Below, piece after piece: positions 48,263 to 59,624 of a stretch of DNA of 64,000 nucleotides. Position numbers and translations under genes: made by a program. The stretch is from Antedon mediterranea (Eukaryota; Animalia; Echinodermata): the NCBI RefSeq assembly GCF_964355755.1, contig NC_092676.1, positions 13,906,871-13,970,870 of the forward strand, given 5' to 3'. The first letter of the stretch is position 1, and each line of letters begins with the position of its first letter. The notes beneath the pieces were generated by a model, which made no database searches, was not told where the DNA came from, and worked only from the letters and a program-made list of their open reading frames with translations.

Positions 48263-48637
48263 TCGTGAAGTGTAATGTTGAAGAGGTTTTCAAGGAACTT
48301 GAATTTGGTACGATGATCTGCCAAGACACGAACATCTTCATTCCGAGCTTCAGTGATGGAAGCGACTGTGTAAAATTAGCGGATCCTGTTCCCGAATGTG
48401 CGTGCACTTCTTCTAATCGCATGTGTAGGCCTACTGCCCGTAACGTCTGCTGAAGCTGATATGAGCGGAGTTTTTCGACTATGGAGAACGAAAACCTGTT
48501 TGCGAAATCACATACCTTATGAGCAGCTTTCGGGTTTGTGCCTCATGAACATACACTTTAACATGAAAATTAATACAGAGAATGTCATTCGCGAATTCTG
48601 TCTCCGAAAGCCAAGAAGAATGAAACTTATTGTTTAA
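48262..48637 (+). mobile_element. hAT transposase C-terminal dimerisation domain fragment (THAP12/PRKRIR-like)
   Basis: FPNVRALLLIACV(GL)LPVTSAEA(E)RSFS...KTCLRN...LSGLCLMNIH...VIREF...KPRRM. Confidence 0.8.
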
Positions 48638-49825
48638 AGATTCATCACGCGATGGCTAGAGCGCCGTTATAGTAACTAACGTAAAATGTATGGTAATAAT
48701 TTAGAAGTTAGTTATTAGAATTATGTATAAGCTATCACCTATACTATACATTCGAACAAAATAGGTATATTTTTAAAGAAAATATTGTATGTATACAGGC
48801 GATAAATATGTTAGTGTAATACGTTTAATACGGATGGGTATGATAAGCGTCTCACATACACACGGAGCCAAGATAGCTTCTTGGACTTGCACAGTGTATG
48901 AACGCTAACCTTACGGTTCTCATTTAATAATATCACTCCATGCTATCATTCTAATTTCTTTTTTCAAAATTTTGCATCTCTACGTTCATTTCATGCAACT
49001 TTTGTATTGGTGAAAAGTTAGGAATTCAAATAATTCCTCCTCTGAGTTTACAGCCTCTCTACCCAAATCAAACAAACAACAAGAAAAAAGTGTTTGTAGG
49101 CTATCTGTGGCAGCTTGGAATATAAAAATGTTCTGTAATGAAAATGAGAGTTTTTGTTTTCTTTGTTGCAGATTATTAGTGTTAACATTGTCATATCTGT
49201 GTGTGCGTAAACCGATTCAAATGATCTAGATTGCCCTAGACCGCCAAAGCAACTGTCATGCCTATAGAAGTCGGCAATGTATTGCCACTTTATCTCGTGC
49301 CCATTATCAATGAATATGTGCCTTTTCAAATTGTTTCGAACACTCTTTAGCAAATGAGGTGGATCAAACATGAAATAAATCTTATGTTTACTAGCATTAC
49401 TTGTATGTACAATATATGGCTTCTCTTCATTTACACCAAATACGTTAAACATCTTACGGTTGTTGGAACCTTGATCGGCAATGACAACTTTTTAGACCAA
49501 TTTTCGTAAGTCTCTCAATGCAGTCGTTCACAAGAAGCTGTTGGGTGTTTCCAGATGTAGAACTTGATGCCAGAAACAATCCCAGTGGTTGCTTCCATTT
49601 TGATGCAATTCCTCGAACCATGAACACAAGGGCTTGTGTCGCCACCTTTATGGTTCTACCGATAGTGCCATAATCTTCAATGCCTTCCTTTACATCCTTG
49701 GATTGTATACTAGTCCACCCTTCAGGCTCATTTCATCTAGGCTCAGAACACATACCGATCAAACGAAATTGAACGTTCTTTAAGTGATTCAAATGTCCTC
49801 TCATTAAATCCAGGTTGAACGTCTA

Positions 49826-50566
49826 AACAAATAGATCAAGTGAAAAATAAAGTAATATCAGGTCTGTACTATCTAAAAAAATGCAGCAATAGTTTCCCTC
49901 AAAATATTCAATCATTAATGTACAAATCTATCATAGCCCACCATTTTGACTACTGCAATGTTGTATGGGGTCGTTGTAACCAAACCCTCAAATATAAACT
50001 CCAAGTACTCCAAAATAGAGCGGCCAAAATAATTACACATAAATCTAGGTATGACTCTAGCTCACAGGCGCTCAAAGATTTAAATTGGCCTAATTTAGAA
50101 GAAAAACAATATTACAACGAAGCAGTCACAATGTATAGCCTAAAATAATGAATAACTTGATACCATCCTACTTAAGAAACAGATTCTATGAACGCAAACA
50201 AACATATAATACTAGATCAAAAGATATTCTAAGTTTACATAAGGCAAACAATGAGTATAAAAAGCAAAGTTTCTCGTATTCTGGCGCAAAGCTATGGAAT
50301 AGTTTAAATGCTATAACTCAAATGCAATTACAGCTCCTAATATACCCATATTTAAAAAAATTATAAATGACCAAAGATAAGATATACAGTACTTGAAACT
50401 CTATGTTTTTCATGAAATCATTTTTTTTTTTTTTAGTTTTTTAATCATATGTACTGTAAATGATAACTTGTGTAAATAGTTTTGTAGTAAGTAACGGCCT
50501 TGTGAAAAACACCAATATGGTGATTCAAGTGTTGGATCCGTTTTTAAAAAAAGTTGTTATTATTAT
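49826..50566 (+). mobile_element. 5'-truncated L2/Crack LINE inserted in the THAP9 ORF; its (TTA)n tail resumes at 50974-51000
   Basis: MYKSIIAHHFDYCNVVWG...KLQVLQNRAAKII...LNW...YNTRS...SFSYSGAKLWNSL; THAP9 frame continues on both sides (WLGR / LDVQPG). Confidence 0.85.
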
Positions 50567-50583
50567 CATGGAGGAAATATACA

Positions 50584-50938
50584 TATACGGCTTTACCACG
50601 TTGAAACACCGGTTCTCGTCAGATCACCGAAGTTAAGCAACGTTGGGCCTGGTTAGAGCTTGGATGGGAGACCACCTGGGAATAGCGGGTGCTGTATACG
50701 GAGCTGGGGTCCAGTTAGGCATTTGAAATCAGCACTGCTGACTCTTATGGCAGCCCCTGCATCTCTTAGTATCTGCCTCAGACCTCTGGTCAAGGTGGGC
50801 ACTGGACGAGAGAAGCCCTTGATCAATGTCAGGACCAATCAAGGTGCTTTAAACTCTCCTGGCTTTGTTTGTATCAAACCTGTTAGTGGCGGTAATTATC
50901 GCTGTTGGTTTCGATTGAATAAAAAAAAAATAAAAAAA
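50584..50938 (+). mobile_element. 5S rRNA-derived SINE (SINE3) with a body unrelated to the SINE at 1525
   Basis: 5S head 50584-50698 with A box AGTTAAGC, GGCCTGG and C box GGATGGGAG; no oligo-T terminator; about 220-bp body; AATAAA and A-rich tail. Confidence 0.8.
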
Positions 50939-53074
50939 TATATATATATATATATCTGTATATTTCCTCCATGTTATTATTAGTATTATTATTATTATTA
51001 CTCGACCTAACCACTTTCTTAACGTGTTCTCGTGCGGCAGTACGAATATTTTTTCGCACTTTGATAGTGTAAAGCAATGCAAACAATGTATCTTTTTTTC
51101 CGTAGCGTATTCCTTTTTTATCCCTTTTCCCGATTTGTAGTTGCAAAGAAAAAAAATATAATGCTTCCCACTCATATAATTCTTACATTTACGTAGAATA
51201 CCGTTAATTGGATCACGTGTTACATTGTCTGAAATTCATTTTTGACATCTTTGCTTTCATTCTCGACATTCTGACTTTATTTGATAGCCACTCTAGAATT
51301 GCTTGATATTTTGTTGGAAATACCCGGAGATGTACTTTGAAATTCCGAGTCAAAGTTATTTGTTTCTCCTAAAACACAAACCAAATGGAAATTGTAATTG
51401 TATATCATATTGGGTACAATATCTAAATTTAAACAATAACAATATTTTGACTAATTATATTTTGAGATATTATCTTTGTGACACTATAGGCCTAAATAAT
51501 AATAATTCTTAATATCAACATAAACATACTGTATTGTATACATTGCAATGATTCTGTTTGAGTATTTAAATTTCGTTCGTTTTCAACGTGAGGTTAGGGT
51601 AGGGTGTAAGCTGTACTGTTTCTAATGTTTTCTTATGGTACGTATGGTCTAACATAGAATTAGTAGAAATGAAAAATCTTTAAAGAAAAAGTAATACAGT
51701 AAATGGAAGATTTAGTGATGGAGCCTAATTATAGCGTAGTAAACAATAGTTACATACTACAATTAAGAATAAAACATACTTCAAATACTCAATATTATTA
51801 AAAATACCTGGCAAGTATGTTTGAGTATTTATATATCGTTCGTTTTCTATTTCTTGATGTTTAGTGTAGGAAGTAACTGGTAACAGGCCTACTCTATACT
51901 TGTACAATAACTATGGTCCTCAATTGGTTGCTGGTTCCTGTAAAAATATAAGTGTGTAGGCCTATGCCTTGAAAGAATAGCAAGGAAAAATTTCAATTTC
52001 AAAAGATATCGCACATTTCCATAGTTGTAATTGTATACAATATATTAGTTATATTAGCCTCGACTTTTTTAATATTTAAAAATTAAAATGTTTGTTTTGA
52101 AGTAACCATGTGCAGTGACCTGGTCAGAAAAGCCAGTCTTCTGATAGGCATGGCTAACCAATGCTCAAATACAAAATAATAACGTATAATATTTGTATTA
52201 TATGCCTACTCATTAATATTAATAGTGTTGAAACGTTTTACGAGTTACAATTCTAGGCCTACATTTGATAATCTGAAAAGTAGGCCTAAACATAATTATC
52301 TCAGCCAGTCCTATCGCCCGTATTCTTAAACCGCACTTTAGTCGTAGTTCGAGCTAAAAATTTAAAAATGACCTAATTTTAATTTATAAACCGAACTTCA
52401 ACTAAATCGCCGACTAAATCAGGCCAACCTCGACTAAATCGAGACGAATTTTGATCGATTATTTTAGTCCTGGAGGGGGCAGGCTAAATGGTCGACTAAA
52501 TGTTTTTTAAACGATGTTTATGAAAAACGTAACAGTCATTGATAATGATGAGAAGGAAATATCTATTTTTATATTAGCTTAATTATATACATTGGTATAA
52601 GTTATAATAATGAAAATCATCTTTATTTACAACTGTATACAAATTACATTATTTTCTTTGCGCAAGTCCGACTTGAACTACGTCACGCCATAGCGACAAT
52701 GGGAGATGCGGAAATTCACCACGCGCCTAGCGCTTTCTTGTCACGCTATGAAGTGCGTGGTTCGTCGCGATCATACTTTGTTGGAGGCCTAGAAAATATG
52801 AAAGTTACCGTACCGCCATGGTTCCTAAATATATTTTGAAGATTTTGTTTGTTGCACTGTTAAATTAATACTGATCTTGTTCTAATAATTAACGATTAAA
52901 ATTATTTTTCATGTATATAGTCCTGATGCGTAAAAGGTTTTGTAAGAAAATGGAAAGTGCTATCAATGCGCAAAATTTCGTCTGCTCCTCAAATACTCTC
53001 TTTTCATTGGCCAATGTCTAGTCTTTGTTACCCAGACGTGTGCAACTCTACTAAAAGCTCGGCTTCATTAAGTT

Positions 53075-53182
53075 GAAAAAAGCTTATTTTATGCTTATAA
53101 AATGTATATCAAAGCCGATAAATTTAAGTGTGCCGAATCGTCTCAGGGACGAATCGTCTCAGGGCCGAATCGTCCCGCTACC
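53075..53182 (-). mobile_element. Solo end of the same MULE family as 29095-41596
   Basis: Reverse complement matches 29095-29240 (GGTAGCGGGACGATTCGGC...GGCACACTTAAATTTATCGGCTTTGATAT). Confidence 0.7.
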
Positions 53183-53821
53183 TCCAAAGTACCAAAAACG
53201 TCGGCCTCTAGAACTATAATTGCTGCTTGCTTTAGCTTCTGAATGAGTAGTCTTCATGGGACGTAGCTGGCTAGAGCAGCAGCGTGAAAACAATCAAAGA
53301 ATGAAAGCACTCAGAAACTGAGTGAAGTACTTGGCAAAATATATCCACTGACTCGGAGCATGTTGAAAGATACATTTTTTTCTTTAGGTATTAGCTTTAC
53401 ATTATTAAAATCCTGCTGGGGTTAATAATTTGTTTAAATAATTTTTCGATACAAACAATTCCGGCATTGCAACAATGACCTTTCTAAAATCAAGATTGAC
53501 CAGAATAACGATCGAGGAGTGTCTTGAAGCTGTGCCGATTTGCGGCGCCTCTGCCTTAACTCATGTAGTAAGCTTAACCACTTGACCAGTCGACTAATGT
53601 TTTGGTCCATATCAAAGAATATGTCCATGTTAAAAGAAGACAGAATGCGTGCTATTTAATATATCGTACGGAAGATAAGCTTTTGTGACAAACAATATAT
53701 CAATTTACCTGAAAATCAATAGGCATGTTCTGTAAGTATATACCTATGTACAGAAATAAGGAAGGACACACACTGGTACTAACAAAACTAATTATCAACT
53801 AACAATAGTTTAATTTGAATA

Positions 53822-55372
53822 ACAATAGAACAGCAACGCCAAAAACAAACGGGTGAATTTGAAAAGAAATAGGGTTTTTAAAACTACTCGTATTGAATCA
53901 ACTTTTATTTTAAAATTACAAATCACAAATTATAGCCTAACCTTTGCCTCTTGTCCAAAAATGAGGTTTTTTGGACAAGTAGTTCTCGAGAAAATGTAAT
54001 TTCAGTTTACGTGTTACTTTAAAACTGCTCACCGGCTTTTGAAAATTGTCTCCTATCTTTTAACACTAGCCGGTCTGAAAATAATATCATTTTTGTTATT
54101 TGTGAAGTTATTAATAAACCAATTTTGTTGATTTTCAATAGGCATGGTCTGAAAGTATATACCTATCTACACCCAAAAATTCAGAATGATAACTTGAAAA
54201 CTGTAGGCGCTATCGTGCTAACAAACAAACAAACAAACAAACTAGCCTTCGCGCATAGCGCGATACTTGGCCAAATCAAAATTGGCCTCCTAAACACACT
54301 TGACCTTGACCGATTTTAACCCGATCTAAGGTCAGTATATGTCATAAACCTCCCTTGTAACATAAAAATAGAGACATAATTTCTCTAGATTTAATTATAA
54401 ATCAGCCGTATAATTTATATACTAAGAAATAATTTTATTTGAACAAACAATACGAATAATTAAAAAAAATCTGATTTCGTTTCATTTCCCACGGTGAGAC
54501 TCGATCTCGGTAACTTAAATGCTGTAGACACCAGCACAGACCACCGAGCCATACACAACTGACTGACATATGAAGAAAGATTCCTATGTGTATTTATCAT
54601 TGTGAGCGATAGAGTGATGACAAACACACACACAAACCGAACAATAGAACAGCAACGCGAAAAACACACGGGTGAATTTGAAAAGAAATAGGTTTTTTAA
54701 ACTATTCGCATTAAAAAACCTGTAAATTAAATCTAATTAAGTTTTAAAATTACAAATCACAAATTATAACTCTTGCCTCTTGTACAAAACTGAAGTTTTT
54801 TGGACAAGTAGTTCTCGAGAAAATGCAATTTTAGTTTACTTGTTAGTTTAAGACTGCTCACCGGCTTTTGATAATTCTGTCCTATCTTTTAACACTAGCA
54901 GGTCTGAAAATTATTTTTAAAAGTGGTCCAGAATTGGAACCGTGGTCCGGATTTTAACCAAAATCGGGCGGTGTCATCCTTGCACCAGTTGACATGTATG
55001 GTAGTAATTTGGAGTCATTCGAATCAAAACTGTGAGCGCTAGAGTGATGACAAACAAACAAACAAACACACACACACACACACACAAACCGCACCAATCA
55101 ACATACTTGGCCAATTTTCAATTTGGCCAAGTAACAAAGTGAATACTATACTTGGCAAAAATTTTTTTGCCAAGTAATAAACACACAAACAAAGTAAATA
55201 CTATACTTGGCAAAATTCTTTTTGCCAAGTAACAAAACACAAACAAAGTAAATACTATACTTGGCAAAATTTTTTTTTGCCAAGTAACAAACATACATAC
55301 AAACATACATACATACATACAAACAAAGTGAATACTATACTTGGCAAAATTCTTTTTTACAAGTAATAATAA
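53822..55372 (+). repeat. Tandem Helentron-associated/DINE-like elements with repeated terminal hairpins
   Basis: 53822-54085 is duplicated at 54640-54912; (AAAC)n/(CA)n tracts; five hairpins TACTTGGC(A)n-(T)nGCCAAGTA between 55103 and 55366. Confidence 0.6.
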
Positions 55373-55711
55373 CACAGGGTTACAATTAGTATAGTATAGC
55401 CTATTTCCTATACAATAACTTTCCGTATCCCTACTCGACGTGCGAGGCGCCCTTGAAATAGGCTTCCATAGTGTCTCTCGCGTTTAATGCATTGTTGATC
55501 GAAGAGTAGGAAGTGTGATATCTATTCTATAAGTATAATATATCTTCCCATGGAGGTATATGATCTTCCAAACAATCTTTGCAATCATCCAACACCATCT
55601 CCATCTTTGTTTTGCTGAAGTTTGAGTAATTGTGCCAGAAACGAGGTTGTATTTGTTTTATTCATAAAGAAATTCAGCAATTCTGTCAAATAAAGGGCGT
55701 AGTAATTATCG

Positions 55712-55726
55712 ATGGCGGCTATACAG
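55712..55726 (+). CDS. Possible short first coding exon of a second gene (MAAIQ)
   Basis: ATGGCGGCTATACAG followed by GTAAAG donor-like sequence in apparently unique sequence; no downstream exon identified. Confidence 0.2.
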
Positions 55727-56070
55727 GTAAAGGCGTGAAATGTGAATGAATGTGTCTTTCCTGACCGTTCTGACCTCTAGTTAGGCTAGGCTAGTAAAGA
55801 GACTGTTTAACACTAGGCCTAGGCCTAGCTAGAGCCTAGGGCTAGGCTAAGCCTTGTTGGTAGGAGCCTAGCTAGGCCCTAGGCCTAGACTAGCTAGGAT
55901 TTAAATGTGTTAAATTTAAAGTCTTTAAACCACCATCACATGATAGAGGAAGTGAAAGAATCATTTTAAAACAAAAATGATTAGCCTAGGCCTAGCCTAC
56001 TAGGGCCTAGCTAGGCCTACTAGGCCTACTAGTAGGCTAGGTAGATACTGATGATAGGCCTAGGCTAGCC

Positions 56071-58104
56071 GGATTACGGTCGAAGCGGCCGCCAACCAAA
56101 GCGGCCGCTAGTTCAATAACGGTAATTTGTATGGAACGCCGTGTGCGCTTTGATTGTCGTTGTTTTGTAATCTTTGATTGTCATTGTTTCGACAGGTTTT
56201 CTTTACCTCGGACGTAAATAACAATCTCAATTATTATGTAATTTATTCTCTTTTTTAACAGATTGAATGTGATATGTTCTTTTAAACAAAATGGCAAATC
56301 GATGATTACTTACTTTAACTGTTCTAAATGATATGTTTAATAAAGTCAATAAAATACATTGTGGTGTTTGTATTGTATATTAATATAATATATAATAAGC
56401 CAATTATTAAGAATAATGTATATATATTTTCAATAAAGTATATCAAAATATATATATTTGTTATTGTATATTAATTAATTAGTAAAGTAACTACTGTAGT
56501 AGTGTTCGCAATCATAATAATTACAATAACATGATGACATCAATTTATTTATTTAATATCCTAAATTATTTTATACCTTCAGATATATAAATATTGATCA
56601 ATTTAAAATGAGTTTTAAATACTAAAATAAGATGCAAGTGTCTGTACGGGACGGTAATTAATTACGCAAATTTCTGCTAATAACTACACGGCCGGCTGTA
56701 GAAGGTCGCGTTTTCGTCCCCATGTTGCTTTATTGAAAACACAAACAATGTATTACAATGGAATAACACTTAATGTATAACACACCCTATTACTAATCAA
56801 TAAAAAAACAAGATTCGATAGTACACATTGTAAATGAGATATAAAGATTCGGCAATACCGTACGTTAATTATTATTGCAATACTGTATGAAGATTCGATA
56901 GTATGTAGGCCTAAATGAGATATAAAGATTTGGCAATACCGTACGTAAATTAGTATTGCAATACTGTATAAAGATTCGATAGTAAAGTAAACGAGATATA
57001 AAAATTCGGCAATACCGTACGTAAATTATTATTGCAATACTGTATGAAGATTCGATAGTAAAGTAAACGAGATATAAAGATTCGGCAATACCGTACGTAA
57101 ATTAGTATTGCAATACTGTATAAAGATTCGATAGTAAAGTAAACGAGATATAAAGATTCGGCAATACCGTACGTAAATTATTATTGCAATACTGTATGAA
57201 GATTCGATAGTAAAGTAAACGAGATATAAAGATTCGGCAATACCGTACGTAAATTATTGCAATACTGTATGAAGATTCGATAGTAAAGTAAACGAGATAT
57301 AAAGATTCGGCAATTCCGTACGTAAATCATTATTGCAATACTGTATGAAGATTCGATAGTAAAGTAAACGAGATATAAAGATTCGGCAATACCGTACGTA
57401 AATTAGTATTGCAATACTGTATGAAGATTCGATAGTATGTAAATGAGATATAAAGATTCGGCAATACCGTACGTAAATTATTGCAATACTGTATGAAGAT
57501 TCGATAGTAAAGTAAACGAGATATAAAGATTCGGCAATACCGTACGTAAATTATTGCAATACTGTACAGTATAAAGTTTCGATAGTATGTAAATGAGATA
57601 TAAAGATTCGGCAATACCGTACGTAAATTATTAATGCAATACGTATGTATAAAGATTCGATAGGAGAGTGCTCGAGAAACGTCGGGTTAGTTCAACGTTA
57701 TTTTTTCCCTTCACTGCCAATATTTAAAAAAAAAAGAGATATAAATAAATAAATAGTAAATGAGATATAAAGGTTCAATAGTACGTAGATTATGATACAA
57801 ACGTAAATTATTAATGATTCGATAGTATATGTAAATATATTTAGTTAGTTAATACAGTATTAAAATACAAATAAAATATACATTCATTTATCGGCAAACT
57901 TAATTTTTTTAGAAATAAAGATTCGATAGTTCATGATTTGGCTTATATTTATTGGTTTGACCATACATACAGCTGTAACTCAACTGGCCATAGGCCATGG
58001 TGTTGACAACGACAATCAAAGATTAAAGCGCACATGGCGTTCCATACAAAAGACGATATTAAACTGGCGGCCGCTTTGCTTGGCGGCCGCTTCGACCATA
58101 CTCC
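56071..58104 (+). mobile_element. Complete MULE-like MITE carrying about 11 units of the ~76-bp satellite (56812-57663)
   Basis: TIR GGA(T/G)TA(C/T)GGTCGAAGCGGCCGCCAA; 8-bp flanks GGCTAGCC at 56063-56070 and 58105-58112. Confidence 0.85.
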
Positions 58105-58216
58105 GGCTAGCCTAGGCCTAGCTAGTAAGTAGGCCTACTAAATTTGGATTACAGAAGATATCGCAATATCAAGTAGGCCTAGGCTAAGTGTCGTCTAGGC
58201 TAATGTAACCTGATAT

Positions 58217-58966
58217 GGCATATGACCGGTTGGGCCCCGACAAGTTGAGCCGCCGGTAGTTTCTATGAAACGCCCAGTCCAGTGCGTCTTTTACGACATT
58301 TCGCGTAGTGATAGAATGGTGTCCTAGACCTAGTACATAAGTTCATGGTCTTTAGGTTCATTGTGTCATGACAATAAAGAATATAATAATTACATACTAC
58401 AATTTTGTTGGTTTGAACCGCCATAACAACACAGCAAAGGAGTCAGGAGTTATTAAATAGTCATATTTTAATAATTTAATTGTTTTTAATCTTTCAAGGT
58501 AAAAATGCAGTGCACTCTATAATATTTTTCTCTCGTGTAGGCCTACCACGTAAAATCATGTTGTCCCTCAGGACTAAATGAGGTTAAATAATTATTATTT
58601 TTTATTTACTATCTTTTAATATCATATTTTATTGAATTTTACAATGTTAATACACAAAATATTTTACTAAAAAACGGTGATTTTATGTAATTATTTTACC
58701 GACCTAAAAACGATCATTTTCGGTGATGTTTTAGGCCTTATATTTTGGAATCTACAAGTCAGATTTTCATAATTATTTCTTTAATTATAATATTTAATAA
58801 TTTTAATAAAACTAAAAACCGTGATATATAAACTTTTGAATATACATCGTTATATCTAATATAAATAGGACTTCCATTAAATAGAAACGAGCACCGGCGA
58901 AAGTTAGCATTTGGCGTTTCATAGAAAATAATGTTTTTTTGGCGGCGGCTCAACTTGGCCTAATCC
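58217..58966. mobile_element. MULE-like MITE
   Basis: GGCATATGACC.../...GGCCTAATCC ends with inverted CAAGTTGAGCCGCC; exact 8-bp TSD CCTGATAT at 58209-58216 and 58967-58974. Confidence 0.85.
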
Positions 58967-59624
58967 CCTGATATCCTATCCCACTGGACGTATAACAAAT
59001 GATAGTTACGTACCGTCCGCTGGACGTATAACATGTATTTTGTACATACCGCAGTTGGCCGCCGCTGGAAGTACAACGTGTAAAACTCGTCTTAAATGAT
59101 AAAACTCGCCCTAAATATTAAAACTCGTCCTAAATATTGAAACTTGTCCTAAAAAATAATAAATTTACTCTAAAACTAGGTGTTCTATAAATAAATAATG
59201 AAAATTTTGTGTTCGTTGAATGATGAGAATATTTGTATTTGTTCTTACCTGACTGTGCTATTCAACTTGACTTTTTATTAAACTTAATCTTCCAACTTAT
59301 AAAATATTCCCCATTTAACTCATAATCATTCATTGTTTATGTATTATTAGCTTTTTTGTTTGTTTCATATTATCACAGCTCCAAATATAAAAGTAATTAT
59401 TAAAAAATACTAAAAATTGTATGTCAATGTTTGTCGTTGAAAGAGCAAGCATCTATTCTATGTATCAGAATTTCTTCAACATTTTAATATGTTTTTGCTA
59501 AAACAATTATCTTCCGAAAGTGTTATCTTCATGTTTAATTTTGATGACGTTATCATGTGTACTGTAATAAAAGGTGGTCCAGTAATTTCAACTATGCTAC
59601 ACTGTATGTACAGTAGATATAATA

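Larger units (their letters stand above)
46600..51937 (-). pseudogene. Decayed, multi-exon THAP9/P-element transposase, broken by several insertions
   Basis: 51367-51001: KGIRYGKKDTLFAL..KIFVLPHENTLRKWL. 49825-49250: DVQPGF...CVLSLDEMSLK...ATQALVFMVRGIASKWKQPLG...ADQGSNN...FDPPHLLKSVRNNL. 47430-46720: AEFIENFYKLFDS...GWLLTIRG...LTNRLNQDYLENLFSVIGGRGG..NP...AYIAGYL. DHSY/DHTY (HCF-1-binding-type) motifs at about 51910 and 51640. Frameshifts present. Confidence 0.9.

Noticed and set aside
29095-53182. One 24-kb element bounded by the GGTAGCGGGACG inverted ends
   Set aside because: Flanks do not match; the 9-bp TSD pairs 29095 with 41596 instead.
53200-53630. Possible ZNF862/hAT-like coding remnant on the minus strand
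   Set aside because: Only vague resemblance across stops and frameshifts; not supportable without a search.
56812-57663. CRISPR-like array (also 38297-38765, 44258-45000, 59671-60850)
   Set aside because: Units are contiguous near-identical repeats without unique spacers, no cas genes, eukaryotic context.
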